Shown here: positions 1 through 9,885 of the stretch, one piece after another | Layout: each line of letters begins with the position of its first letter | Position numbering within the stretch: position 1 is the stretch's first letter | Virus record (IMG/VR): IMGVR_UViG_3300007723_000001 | Coordinates: 8,278 to 72,277 of that record | Length of the DNA: 64,000 bases | Direction: 5' to 3' (one strand) | DNA from: a virus | The notes under the pieces: generated by a model | What the model was told of the DNA's origin: nothing | The model's input: the letters and a program-made list of their open reading frames with translations, nothing else | Database searches by the model: none | Made by a program: the position numbers and the translations under genes

Positions 1-1923
1 TACTTTGCCAGCAGGAGTTTCTAACATTTCGTTTAATACTTGTGTAGATATTAATTTATCTTCATTATAATATCCACCAAATTCACCACTGTAGTCCCCT
101 TTATCTCCGTAGTAAAGACTATTGTCCAACTGCAGCATCCATACCTGATTCAAGTTAGCGTATAATTCTCTTACACTTGCACCTGTATAAGGCTTAGATA
201 CATAGTCAATTAAATTTCTTAATGCAACTCCTGTATCTCCTGCTAAACCTACCTGCCCTCCTGTAAATTCTCTTCCATCTAATCCTTCAAAGGCGAGAGA
301 TCGTGTCTGTAAAAATAAGTGGCTCTCTATAATATCTTTTTGTATTCTTGCTCTTTCATTATCAGAAGCCTGAGCAACTAAAGAGGAATAAGATTGTCTT
401 AATCTCTTTGCTACTGAGCGAATCTCTTGAGGATCAGTAGAAGTGGAAGAGCCAAATTTATTATTATATCTATCTAGAATCCTATTATGAAATATGTATA
501 TTTCTTCATAATTAGATCCTGCTTGGTTAGGACTATTACCTACAGGAGATGTCAAGTTAAATGAGCCTATAATACCCACTCTATCTGTAGTATATACTTT
601 AGGGTGATACATCCCCTTATCTACAAATCGTAATGAGAACCATGTACTCAATATCTGCTCAGTCATCACTGCTGTCTGACTACTGCTTTGGTTCCCACTC
701 ATAGCATCTTCTATTATCTCATCCCTCACATTCCTTAACCTTTCCATAGCTATTATATTGGGACCAAGAATAGCATTCCCTACTTTATTAATTTTATTCA
801 GGTCAGAAGTGGGTGCAGCTAGTCTAATAGATACCTGAAATTTACCTTCTTTAATATCTTGTTTCTTAGTTCTTAATTTATTAACTAAAGTGTCTATAAC
901 TGCCTTATTCTGTAATTGGAATAAGTCGATAGTTAATGAAGAAGTAGAACTTTCTATTATTGCTATTGCTGCTCTAATACCTGGTTTAGATACATAATCC
1001 CTTGAACTTAAATATTCATCAGCAGTAGCAGCCAATCTACTCTGTAAATCCCTAGCTGATTCTTGAGGATCACTAAATACTCTATTAGACCATTTACTCC
1101 GTATCATCTCGGGATTAGTTCTTATGAACTCACTATGAATCCTACTGACCCTAGCAGTTAAATTGTATTCATCGTCTCTAATTATCGAATTTAAAGTATA
1201 AGCACCATATTTAAGGATATTCCTTTCAGACTCATCTATTTGATTTATAGCATCTGGAGTTAAGTTTAATATACTTAAACCACCATAAAAAGATTTGCCT
1301 TGATAATCCAATGTGTCGTGTTGGAACAAATATCTATAAGTATTAGTAGCTAAATACTTCTCGTACTGCTGAGTTCTTATATCATTACTTTTACTGTAAT
1401 CTTTTATTATGGGTGCCACGAACTCATCGTTAGCCCCAAATGTTGCTGCCGATGAAAAGGAGCTATCCAAACCGGTCTGAAAGTTTCCAATAATCCTTTT
1501 TAAAGCATTAGTACCACTGTTAACTGTAGAATATATGTCACCTGAAAAAGCTGTAAAAGCATTCCTAGCTAATGCTCTTCCTACCTCTCTATAAATATCT
1601 ACATGACCTCCATAGCTATTGGTAGATGATCCAGAAGTGTATTTAACTTTGGACATTGCAGAGCCTCTTTTAAAATAATCCAATCTTTCACCTTCAGACT
1701 TTTCTCTGCCCAATCCAGAATAAACTCTATACAGTTCTTCATTTTTACTAGCAGTGACATCATCAGTTGCGTCTCGTTCTTTGTTAAAAGCTAGATGAAA
1801 ATTAGTAGCGTTCTGTAATGAAGAACTTGTGCCAAAAGTGTAGAAGCCTAAAGCCTCATAGTTCCCTTTAGCAGAATTTCCATATGAAGAAAATGGGCTA
1901 TAAAAATAATCATTAAAAGGCAT
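1..1923 (-). CDS. Large protein (>641 aa, runs off the window start) with a phospholipase D/nuclease (HKD) domain; candidate tape-measure/ejection protein
   Basis: Not in ORF track. Hand translation from ATG at 1923 (MPFNDYFYSPF...) is open to base 1. Contains AAIAIIESSTSSLTIDLFQLQNKAVIDTL...FQVSIRL and MYHPKVYTTDRVGIIGSFNLT...NYE, i.e. HxKxxxxD + GSxN (His440 at 604-606). Confidence 0.85.
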   Translation of the reverse strand, partial: MPFNDYFYSPFSSYGNSAKGNYEALGFYTFGTSSSLQNATNFHLAFNKERDATDDVTASKNEELYRVYSGLGREKSEGERLDYFKRGSAMSKVKYTSGSSTNSYGGHVDIYREVGRALARNAFTAFSGDIYSTVNSGTNALKRIIGNFQTGLDSSFSSAATFGANDEFVAPIIKDYSKSNDIRTQQYEKYLATNTYRYLFQHDTLDYQGKSFYGGLSILNLTPDAINQIDESERNILKYGAYTLNSIIRDDEYNLTARVSRIHSEFIRTNPEMIRSKWSNRVFSDPQESARDLQSRLAATADEYLSSRDYVSKPGIRAAIAIIESSTSSLTIDLFQLQNKAVIDTLVNKLRTKKQDIKEGKFQVSIRLAAPTSDLNKINKVGNAILGPNIIAMERLRNVRDEIIEDAMSGNQSSSQTAVMTEQILSTWFSLRFVDKGMYHPKVYTTDRVGIIGSFNLTSPVGNSPNQAGSNYEEIYIFHNRILDRYNNKFGSSTSTDPQEIRSVAKRLRQSYSSLVAQASDNERARIQKDIIESHLFLQTRSLAFEGLDGREFTGGQVGLAGDTGVALRNLIDYVSKPYTGASVRELYANLNQVWMLQLDNSLYYGDKGDYSGEFGGYYNEDKLISTQVLNEMLETPAGKV

Positions 1924-2057
1924 AAGTAAGATTATTAACTTTGTGCATTAATAGATAAGAGGAAGGGAAAGAATAGTTAAATACAAGATATATAAGATGT
2001 AAATTTATTACTATATGAAAATATAAATTACTTTAAAACAACAACTTATTATTATTT

Positions 2058-2078
2058 CTTATATACTGATATATATTA
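2058..2078. promoter_or_regulatory. Candidate regulatory motif in a divergent intergenic region
   Basis: Reverse complement TAATATATATCAGTATATAAG matches 17678-17698 TAATATATATCTGTATATAAG at 20/21 positions; both lie between divergent genes. Very AT-rich, so a chance match is possible. Confidence 0.35.
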
Positions 2079-2103
2079 TAAATTTCATTCGAATATATCT
2101 TAT

Positions 2104-2535
2104 ATGCCTAATCTAAATAAAGTAATCTATCCAACCTTAACTTTACCTTCAGGTAAGAAAGTCCAATTTACAAGTGTAACCTTTTTAGATAGAAGGAGAA
2201 TATTAAAAAGTTATAAGCAAGAACAGGGATACTTAATGGAAGAAATGTTAGCAGCCTATGCCTTACATACTATAGATGGTGAACCTTTAGATACTGGATT
2301 TGGTAGTCCCCAAATAATTGAAAGATTAGATACTTGGGATTACAAAGATGTGACCTATTATTTAGAAGTATTTATGAGGACCGTTATGTTAGATGACGAA
2401 ATGAGGTCTCAAGCAGAATCGGATGCAAAAAAGATATCTTCAGGGGCTACCTCAACAAACCAAACCGTGACAGACAAAGACACGAGTGGTACTCCTTCAG
2501 GTCTTCCCAAGGGATTAACTGTCAATCGAAGTTAA
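2104..2535 (+). CDS. Tail assembly chaperone-like protein (short form)
   Basis: 143 aa, N-terminal TLTLPSGKKVQF, and AKK encoded by a slippery heptamer followed by a long open -1 frame, as in lambda G/GT-type chaperones. Confidence 0.65.
   Translation: MPNLNKVIYPTLTLPSGKKVQFTSVTFLDRRRILKSYKQEQGYLMEEMLAAYALHTIDGEPLDTGFGSPQIIERLDTWDYKDVTYYLEVFMRTVMLDDEMRSQAESDAKKISSGATSTNQTVTDKDTSGTPSGLPKGLTVNRS
2427..2433 (+). other. Programmed -1 ribosomal frameshift site A_AAA_AAG
   Basis: GCA AAA AAG in frame 0; the -1 frame is open from 2433 to the TAA at 3111-3113. Confidence 0.8.
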
Positions 2536-3113
2536 GATGGGCTGCTTTTTGTAACTATAAAATATTAAGTTCGGAGAGATATAAACTTTTATTAAACAAT
2601 GTATTATCAAAGAATAGTTCTTCGGAGAAAGATTCAATAAAAGGAAGTGTTTTAAATGGTACTAATATTATTCATTCTATATTAATAATAAGTAGACCTA
2701 TAGTACCTATTGATTATAAAGATACATTGTTTGATATAGTTCAGTATAGTAAACCTATACCCTTCGAATCATTTAATAATCCTATCCCTATTGATTGGGA
2801 AGAATTGAGGGCTCATAAGGATAGTTTAATTAGAAGTATTTCAGATAATATAAGAAAGAAAGCTAATCTACAAAATTGGATTGTTATAAATACAGTAGCA
2901 AATGGTGGAGTTCCTTTGTACGAAGGAATGAACTGGCTAGACTTAGATGAGTTTTGGATGTCAGCTATCACTGATGAGGTGAATGACTACATCAGAGAAC
3001 AAAATAAGAGTCAACAGCAGTCAATGCAAAAGATTCAAGATCAAATATCTGATAAGTCTTCCCATAATCGCAGTGTATTTAACGACATACCCAAACCCAA
3101 ATTTTTGTCTTAA
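2433..3113 (+). CDS. Frameshift extension of the chaperone (fusion about 336 aa); includes ORF-track 2727..3113
   Basis: The -1 frame reads DIFRGYLNKPNRDRQRHEWYSFR...DYKDTLFDIVQYSK with no stop; the TTG at 2727 is an internal Leu. Confidence 0.75.
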   Translation, partial: DIFRGYLNKPNRDRQRHEWYSFRSSQGINCQSKLRWAAFCNYKILSSERYKLLLNNVLSKNSSSEKDSIKGSVLNGTNIIHSILIISRPIVPIDYKDTLFDIVQYSKPIPFESFNNPIPIDWEELRAHKDSLIRSISDNIRKKANLQNWIVINTVANGGVPLYEGMNWLDLDEFWMSAITDEVNDYIREQNKSQQQSMQKIQDQISDKSSHNRSVFNDIPKPKFLS

Positions 3114-3147
3114 TGTATTATAAGGAGTATCAATTCTATGATTAAGG

Positions 3148-4632
3148 ATGCAAAATAAAACTGTAATAATCCCGCCCTATTTAAGACAAAATAGGATTAA
3201 TGGAGATAGTGTTGGAACTAATGCTTATGAAGGTAGCACTATCCCTAGGCCATTTCTTTCAAATAAAGAGAACTGGGTAGAAAGTGGAAATAATAAAAAG
3301 AACATAAGATTAAATAAAAAGAAGATAGGGCAATTGGGTAGGGCTACTCCTTACTCTTCCTTAGATGGGGAGACCTTTACTACTTGTGTTCAGCCCAATA
3401 GACAAAAGTTAGCTTTATGTGATTATGCTCTAAAAGAAGAGCCTATATTCTTTGATGGAGTCCAGAAAATGACTCATTTCGTTAGAGCAAAACTAGGTGA
3501 ATTCTATCATGAAGATGAAACAATAACTGAGTTCATAAGAGCAAATACTATAAAATTAAAAAGCTGGTTATCTGAAATCACTTTTTCTCTATTATGGAGT
3601 GGAAGGGGAGACTCTGAAATAGTATACAAAAGATGTAAATCAACTTACACGTCAAATCCATTTGAGATATGGATTGATAAGATAGTTAACTTTCATCCTC
3701 TGGATGTCTATTTTGTGTTTGATGAATTTAATTGTTTAAGCCATGGTAAAAAGTCACCAAATAAACAATACCAATCTGGTATATGGGTCCCAGCGCCTCT
3801 ATCTTTTAGAGAAACCTATGATCTAAATAAGGACTATGATGGCCATAGAGTAAGACTACCTGAAAGTAAAGTATGGCATACGGCTATCAACAGTTATGGT
3901 AATAATAGTACTGGATTAAGTCAATTTGAATCAGGTATAAAATTCTTTTTATATAAACAACTATTCCTAGAGATGAATAGTACTGCTTTAGATAGGTATG
4001 GTAATCCCTTAATATATGCTGTAGTACCACCTGGAAATACAGATCAAGTTATAAAAGAACCAGATGGGAGTGTCAGGTATAAATCTTATCATCAAGTTGT
4101 AACTGAAATATTGGAAGATTTAGGTGGTAAGAGTTCAATAGTATTAACTCAAGTAGATAAAGATCATCCTGTTAAGTTAGATTCATTAACTACTGGTAAT
4201 AACTTTAGTGGAGCTTTTGACTCGGCCATTAAATTACGTGAAGATAATATGATGATAGCAATGGGAATACCCAATCTAATACTAAAAGACAATAATAACG
4301 GATTGGGAACTGGAGGTGCTGCTGAAAGACAAATGGAAGCATTCTTATTATTAATAGATAGTATCTACGATACTGTTATGACTGATTTCATGCATGTAAT
4401 AAAGTATCTAATAGAATGGAACTTTCCACCAGAAATGCATAAAGGAAAGTTTGGTGTATTTAATAGTAAGATACTAAGGGTCTCAGAACTAAATGTATTA
4501 GGAAATATAACTGATAAATTGTTAGATAAAGGAGTATTAGACACAAATGACCCTGATGACAATAATTGGATAAGAGAGACTTTTGGTATTCCTACCAGAA
4601 GATCTTTTAATCATCTAGAACAAGACCAATAG
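3148..4632 (+). CDS. Portal protein, Mu gp29/DUF935-like
   Basis: 494 aa; SLLWSGRGDSEIVY, LDRYGNPLIYAVVP, GLGTGGAAERQ, WIRETFGIP resemble Mu-type portals; upstream of protease and capsid. Confidence 0.8.
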   Translation: MQNKTVIIPPYLRQNRINGDSVGTNAYEGSTIPRPFLSNKENWVESGNNKKNIRLNKKKIGQLGRATPYSSLDGETFTTCVQPNRQKLALCDYALKEEPIFFDGVQKMTHFVRAKLGEFYHEDETITEFIRANTIKLKSWLSEITFSLLWSGRGDSEIVYKRCKSTYTSNPFEIWIDKIVNFHPLDVYFVFDEFNCLSHGKKSPNKQYQSGIWVPAPLSFRETYDLNKDYDGHRVRLPESKVWHTAINSYGNNSTGLSQFESGIKFFLYKQLFLEMNSTALDRYGNPLIYAVVPPGNTDQVIKEPDGSVRYKSYHQVVTEILEDLGGKSSIVLTQVDKDHPVKLDSLTTGNNFSGAFDSAIKLREDNMMIAMGIPNLILKDNNNGLGTGGAAERQMEAFLLLIDSIYDTVMTDFMHVIKYLIEWNFPPEMHKGKFGVFNSKILRVSELNVLGNITDKLLDKGVLDTNDPDDNNWIRETFGIPTRRSFNHLEQDQ

Positions 4633-4656
4633 AATTAATAAATAACTATTAGACAA

Positions 4657-5694
4657 ATGGCTACTACTCATCATCGGGAATTAACCCCTGAAGATATTCA
4701 TGAACCTTATTCTTTCAGTTATAGCAATGAAATAGAAAGGAATAAAGATACTTCTATATCTTCTAAAGATGTTAATAAATTAGCTATACAACAGAACAAT
4801 AGAACAATATGGCTTTTGTTAGACACAAAGCCGACTTGGAAACAAGTATTAACTGAAGGGTCTCCTACTTTACCTAGGGGAAATGCCGGTGGAGATTTAA
4901 AAGGTTCATATCCAAATCCTTCAGTTGTAGATGATAGTCATCAACATAGTCCCGGTATAAGTATACCCGCTTATCCTACTACATTAAGACCATCAGGGAG
5001 TGCAGGAGGTAGTCTTGACGGTAATTATCCTAATCCCAGACTATCTAATACAGGAGTGACAGCAGGTCTCTATACAAATCCTCAAGTAGAGGTAAACTCT
5101 GAAGGAAGAATAACGAGTATAGTTTCTAATAGAATAGGAGAAGCTAACGAAGCAATAAATATAGGAGTGGGGAAAGAAGTATATGCAGAGAAGCAAGGTT
5201 CTTCCCTTTTATTTAGGACTTTAAAAGTTGAAGCTAATAGTGGATTAAATATAACACAGTCTTCTAATGAGATCGAAATAAGTAATCTTAATCTTGCTAA
5301 ACTTAGTGGAGCTAACTTCTCTGGTGATATAAGTAGTCCTAATTTAAAGGTAGATGAAAAAGTAGAAACTAAGATTTTACATACACCATTACATGATGCA
5401 GGAATAGGAGGTAGTTGGACTCCTGATGTAGCTAATGGAGTTGTTCAGAAAAGGATTATATCTGGTAATACTTTTATAAATGAGATAAGAGGAGTAGAGG
5501 CAGGGATGAGATTAATTTTAATACTAAAGCAAAATACAGTAGGAAATCATTATATTACTTTAGCAGATGAGTATAAAGTTAAAGAGGGTGAGAATAAAGT
5601 GCTAAGTCTTCCTGCAAATAGTATAGATGTTTTAGAAGTAACAGTACTTTCTAGTAATTTCTATTTAACTCTAATTCATAGGAACTTTAAGTAA
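4657..5694 (+). CDS. Short fibre/decoration-like virion protein
   Basis: Two AGG(D/S)LxGxYPNP repeats, AGLYTNPQVEVNSEGRITS, one NIGxGKEVY...LFRTL repeat shared with the long fibres, beta-rich C-terminal domain. Confidence 0.6.
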   Translation: MATTHHRELTPEDIHEPYSFSYSNEIERNKDTSISSKDVNKLAIQQNNRTIWLLLDTKPTWKQVLTEGSPTLPRGNAGGDLKGSYPNPSVVDDSHQHSPGISIPAYPTTLRPSGSAGGSLDGNYPNPRLSNTGVTAGLYTNPQVEVNSEGRITSIVSNRIGEANEAINIGVGKEVYAEKQGSSLLFRTLKVEANSGLNITQSSNEIEISNLNLAKLSGANFSGDISSPNLKVDEKVETKILHTPLHDAGIGGSWTPDVANGVVQKRIISGNTFINEIRGVEAGMRLILILKQNTVGNHYITLADEYKVKEGENKVLSLPANSIDVLEVTVLSSNFYLTLIHRNFK

Positions 5695-5707
5695 TTGTAA
5701 TTTATAG

Positions 5708-6220
5708 TTAGCCCATATAGTCATTAGCTTTATTAATTAAAGCTTGGCTACCTAAAGCCATAAAAATGTGCTTACAATACTTTTTATTAAAGAGGTAATC
5801 GGCACATGTACAAGTAACAGAAGAAAGGTCATCTAGTTTCTGTTCATTATAATTAACGTCTATAAAGTATTCTTTATTAGAAGGCGTCACACATAAATAA
5901 TTACCTGACACTTCTATTATTAAATAACCTTGAGAGACCATTAAGGCATAATGTTTTATAAGAAATTGTTCATATAGAGACCCCCATTGGGTTCGCGATA
6001 TATCAGTTTTATATGCTTTGTCTTTATAATTAAAAGTTATCCATACTTTAGGTTTCGACTTAATAGAATGATAATCTTTCCTATCATCATGTAATGAATA
6101 AATAGCGGAGGATTTTACTAAGTTACCGGTTGGTTGTACATGTATTTTAATATCTCTTATATCCTTTAATATAATTCCTGATATTGTTTCTAAAACAAGA
6201 ATTTCTTCTAAATTTCTCAT
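5708..6220 (-). CDS. SWIM zinc-finger protein
   Basis: C-terminal CTCADYLFNKKYCKHI = CxCx(n)CxH SWIM motif. Confidence 0.8.
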   Translation of the reverse strand: MRNLEEILVLETISGIILKDIRDIKIHVQPTGNLVKSSAIYSLHDDRKDYHSIKSKPKVWITFNYKDKAYKTDISRTQWGSLYEQFLIKHYALMVSQGYLIIEVSGNYLCVTPSNKEYFIDVNYNEQKLDDLSSVTCTCADYLFNKKYCKHIFMALGSQALINKANDYMG

Positions 6221-6452
6221 TATTTATATTTACTTTTTATTTAAGATGTGTTTGATAAGAGTAATAAATTCTTAAAGAAGAAATATTTAAAGTTACTAAA
6301 ATATTGACTAATAAATAGTTTGATTAAGAAATACCGACTTTATTATATTAGATATATAGAAAGAATCAAGAATACATATATACAACTGCATTTATATTAA
6401 AGTTAGTAAATATAATGTATATATAAATTTATACAAATCAAGTTCATTAAGT

Positions 6453-8162
6453 ATGAGCAAACCAGTATTACTAGAGAAAGATATAATATTCACACCTAGT
6501 CCTAAACTAGAAGATATCACAAATACTTCTAAAGTTAAGACTGAGGCAGACTTAGAAAATAAGAAAGGTAGTACCATAAAAGTACCTTTAGCTATATTAG
6601 GTAGATGGCGTCATAGTTCTTATGGTAAAGTCGAGTTCACTCAACAAGACTTTGATTATATAAAGGAAGGATTTGAAAAAGATGTGTTAGGACATACTCC
6701 ATATATTACCTTAGGACATTTAGATGAAGAGCACCACTCGACTGACTCACATAGGAAACGCGGCAATCTACTATCAATTAATCAAGAGGGAGACGTCCTC
6801 TACGGAGTATTTGACGTCAAACCTAAAGTCTATAATTGGGTAGCTGATGGTGATTATGAATATGTAAGTGGAGAATTTATTAGGGGATTCTTAGATAAGG
6901 AAGGTAAAGAAGTTGGTACAGTATTACTAAGAGTTGCATTAACTAATAGTCCGTTCCTACCTTTTGGCAAACATAAAAATGTAGCCTTATCACTAAATAA
7001 TAAATCAATTGATCTTGATAATCATAAACTACAATTATTTAGTCTTAAAACTAATATAACTATGCAAAACCCTAAAAATAAAGTTAAGCCTGATGAGCCC
7101 CAGAACTTATCTTCTACCGTAATTGAACCGCCTACAAAATCCCAAGAGGAAAATAATAAAGTTGAAGAAAGTCTTAAAGAAACAGAAGATGCAGATAACA
7201 AAGAAAAAGTAGAATCAAGCGAAGATAAGGGAGAGCAGTCTGATACAAAATCTAATCTAACTAGTTCAGAAGAAAAAGAACAAAAGGGGGATGAGAAAGA
7301 AGGTGAAGATGATAGTAATCAAGAATTAAGTTCTACAGAAAGCGCAGCTAGTACTGAACTAGAAAATAAAACAAAGGAAGAAGAAAAGGAAGAAGAAGAG
7401 AAAGAAGAAGAAAAGGATAAAGAATCAGATAGTATTGATAATGAACATAAAAAAGAATTAGATAAAGAGTCTAATATAAATAATAATTTAGATGGAGGGT
7501 TAACTTCAAATCAAGAATCTACCACACAAGAAGATATGAACGCAAAAGCTGAAGAAACTAATTCACAAAATCTCTCTCAAACAGATGCTCGTAGTCCTCA
7601 ATTTAGTAATGTACTAATGAATAAGGATGGCGTGAATGTAAAAGCATTATACGAAGGCATGAGGAAATGTTTTAGTCAGAAGTATCAAAATGATTTAGCT
7701 CAAAGAGATTTAGAAATAAAAGGACTACAAGAACAATTATTGTCTTTATCTCAAACTTTAGAGGAAACTAAAAATCGAACTGAAAAGCAACAACTTTCTA
7801 TACGAGATACTCAAAGTCAAGCAGTGTCCGCTTTAGAAGGAATGTTAACCGAATACTTAGGTGGAGCTGGAGTACCACCAGCTTTAATAAGAAAGTTCAG
7901 TACCTTAAAAGATGCAATTAATTCTAGATTAGATACCGTCAAACTTTCTTTAGATAACAATACGGTAGAAGAAATTACTACTATTCAGTTATTAGCCGAC
8001 ATGTTAATAGAGGCAGTAAATACAAATAACATTCCTCTACAACAATTAGGTATCAGCAAGCATATGACTAGATTAAACAATGATCCTAGTGGACGTAATG
8101 GCGCTGCTTTACAAACTATTGAAAGGAATATAGATAAAGCTAGATCATTAGGTAGAATATAA
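6453..8162 (+). CDS. Prohead protease (Mu gpI-like) fused to acidic linker and coiled-coil scaffold
   Basis: GRWRH..YG, H of LGHLDEEH, GDYEYVSGEF, VALTNSPFL; Glu/Lys-rich middle; coiled-coil C-terminus; precedes the capsid gene. Confidence 0.8.
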   Translation: MSKPVLLEKDIIFTPSPKLEDITNTSKVKTEADLENKKGSTIKVPLAILGRWRHSSYGKVEFTQQDFDYIKEGFEKDVLGHTPYITLGHLDEEHHSTDSHRKRGNLLSINQEGDVLYGVFDVKPKVYNWVADGDYEYVSGEFIRGFLDKEGKEVGTVLLRVALTNSPFLPFGKHKNVALSLNNKSIDLDNHKLQLFSLKTNITMQNPKNKVKPDEPQNLSSTVIEPPTKSQEENNKVEESLKETEDADNKEKVESSEDKGEQSDTKSNLTSSEEKEQKGDEKEGEDDSNQELSSTESAASTELENKTKEEEKEEEEKEEEKDKESDSIDNEHKKELDKESNINNNLDGGLTSNQESTTQEDMNAKAEETNSQNLSQTDARSPQFSNVLMNKDGVNVKALYEGMRKCFSQKYQNDLAQRDLEIKGLQEQLLSLSQTLEETKNRTEKQQLSIRDTQSQAVSALEGMLTEYLGGAGVPPALIRKFSTLKDAINSRLDTVKLSLDNNTVEEITTIQLLADMLIEAVNTNNIPLQQLGISKHMTRLNNDPSGRNGAALQTIERNIDKARSLGRI

Positions 8163-8439
8163 TTTCTATAATAATTATTAATACTTATATGAAATGATTA
8201 GAATAAGTAAGTATAAATAAGCTATTAATAAACTTATATAATTGATTAATAACTATTCTTAAAAGTTAGTAGCTATTATTTGTCTAATACCGAGCGTATA
8301 TTTTGTCACTATTTAATTAGTATTTTTAGAATAATAATAGTAATTCTCCAAATTGATAAAGAGATATTAAACAATAGAATAATGTAGGATGTATAAACAT
8401 CAGATCATTAATAATTAAAATAAATAAAACTTTATAAAC

Positions 8440-9714
8440 ATGCCAACTCAAATTCCTAATAATACAAATTTCTCACCCTATATAAGTGGCTGGGAATCTA
8501 TGGCGGATGGACTATTACCTGGTGAACCGATATACACAGAGGTAGCTAGATCTTTTGTTCCTTTAGTAGGAAGAACTGCTCTAACAGAAATATTCCCTGA
8601 AGAGGTTATTGAGCAACGTGTTGTAGTAATTCAACAATCTCAAGAAGCTACTACTACCATAATGCCTCTAGTAGATTGGGGTAAACAAGATGTAGTAACA
8701 GGGCAGACAGGTGGTACTAGTAAGTTCATGATGGTACAACCTTTAGTAATCCGTCAAACTAAATTCATTGCTCATGGTGAATTGAATACTAGATTACGTC
8801 CTGGAACCATGAATGAACAGTGGTCTCCTTCTGAGCAAATTGATAGGATCATTGAGACAATGGTTCAGGAACATGCTTTAACTTGGGATGTATACAGAGC
8901 CTTAATGTTATTAGGTGGTATTCATTATACAGATCCACGTACTGGTGTATCAGTAGAAGTCAGTGCTCAAATACCTCCTCATAACTTCTGGTCTTACAAT
9001 GTATCTGCCGGATTTATGGGAAGAAACGAAAGTTTAATGTTCAAGTCTGTATTAGATAGTAATACAACTAACTCCACCACAGCAGGAGTTCCATTCACAG
9101 ATCCTAATGCCGACTTGTTAATGGCTATGAGAAGTTTTGCTAATTGGTTCAAAGTAACTAATAAATCCAGAGTTACAGCAATGTATTTATCTGCAGACTT
9201 GTCTCATATCTTAATGAATAACAACCAAGTCAAGTTATCTCAAGGAGGTACAGTATTTGGTATGGGATCCGCTCCAATTGTACGCGACTCAGCTGATCCT
9301 ATCTCTAGTAGTCAGTTTACAATGAATGCTGAAGGTCTATCTTCTATCTCTGGTATACCCTTAAGACCTGTTGAGACTGGATTCCGAGATCCTGTAACTA
9401 ACTTATATAGACCAGTATTCCCTAAGAATAAAATTGTAGCTGTAAGTGAAGTTAATTCCAACGGCGGTAATGAAGCACCAGGAAGAACACAATATTGTGT
9501 ATCTGAAGAATCAGGTGGTAGACCGGGATTATGGACTAGGACTGTAGATGAAACCCAACCTCCAGCGCCTCCAGGAATGTATATTCAAATGGGTAATGCG
9601 GGATTACCTTATCTAAAATTCCCTTATAGAGTAGCACACTTAAACGTTGCTAGTCCTCAAGCTGTGAATAATAGATTGGGTATTGTTGGTGATTACAACT
9701 TTGGAGTGATCTAA
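8440..9714 (+). CDS. Major capsid protein (HK97 fold, lambda gpE-like family)
   Basis: 424 aa after protease; EIFP, EHALTWDVYRALMLLGGI, FTDPNADLL, VFPKNKIV and the C-terminal LP motif fit the gpE-like pattern. Confidence 0.8.
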   Translation: MPTQIPNNTNFSPYISGWESMADGLLPGEPIYTEVARSFVPLVGRTALTEIFPEEVIEQRVVVIQQSQEATTTIMPLVDWGKQDVVTGQTGGTSKFMMVQPLVIRQTKFIAHGELNTRLRPGTMNEQWSPSEQIDRIIETMVQEHALTWDVYRALMLLGGIHYTDPRTGVSVEVSAQIPPHNFWSYNVSAGFMGRNESLMFKSVLDSNTTNSTTAGVPFTDPNADLLMAMRSFANWFKVTNKSRVTAMYLSADLSHILMNNNQVKLSQGGTVFGMGSAPIVRDSADPISSSQFTMNAEGLSSISGIPLRPVETGFRDPVTNLYRPVFPKNKIVAVSEVNSNGGNEAPGRTQYCVSEESGGRPGLWTRTVDETQPPAPPGMYIQMGNAGLPYLKFPYRVAHLNVASPQAVNNRLGIVGDYNFGVI

Positions 9715-9736
9715 TATTATTAAGGATTGAGAAAAG

Positions 9737-9768
9737 GGGAGGAGTATTATTTATATAGTACTTTTCCC
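9737..9768 (+). terminator. Hairpin after the capsid gene (possible terminator or RNA stabiliser)
   Basis: GGGAGGAGTATTA pairs with TAGTACTTTTCCC using G:U; no clear U tract follows. Confidence 0.4.
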
Positions 9769-9885
9769 ACAAAATATATCTTAATAAAAATAATATAAAT
9801 ACATCAATTTAGTAATCACATAATACAATTATTCTTGCTTTAGTATATATCAATATAAAATAATAGTTATTCATCAAAACTTATC

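Noticed and set aside
2727-3113. Independent gene starting at TTG 2727
   Set aside because: No RBS, and the frame is open back to the slippery site; better explained as the frameshift extension.
8163-8439. tRNA or defined ncRNA in the long gap before the capsid gene
   Set aside because: Very AT-rich with only weak pairing; no cloverleaf or known motif.
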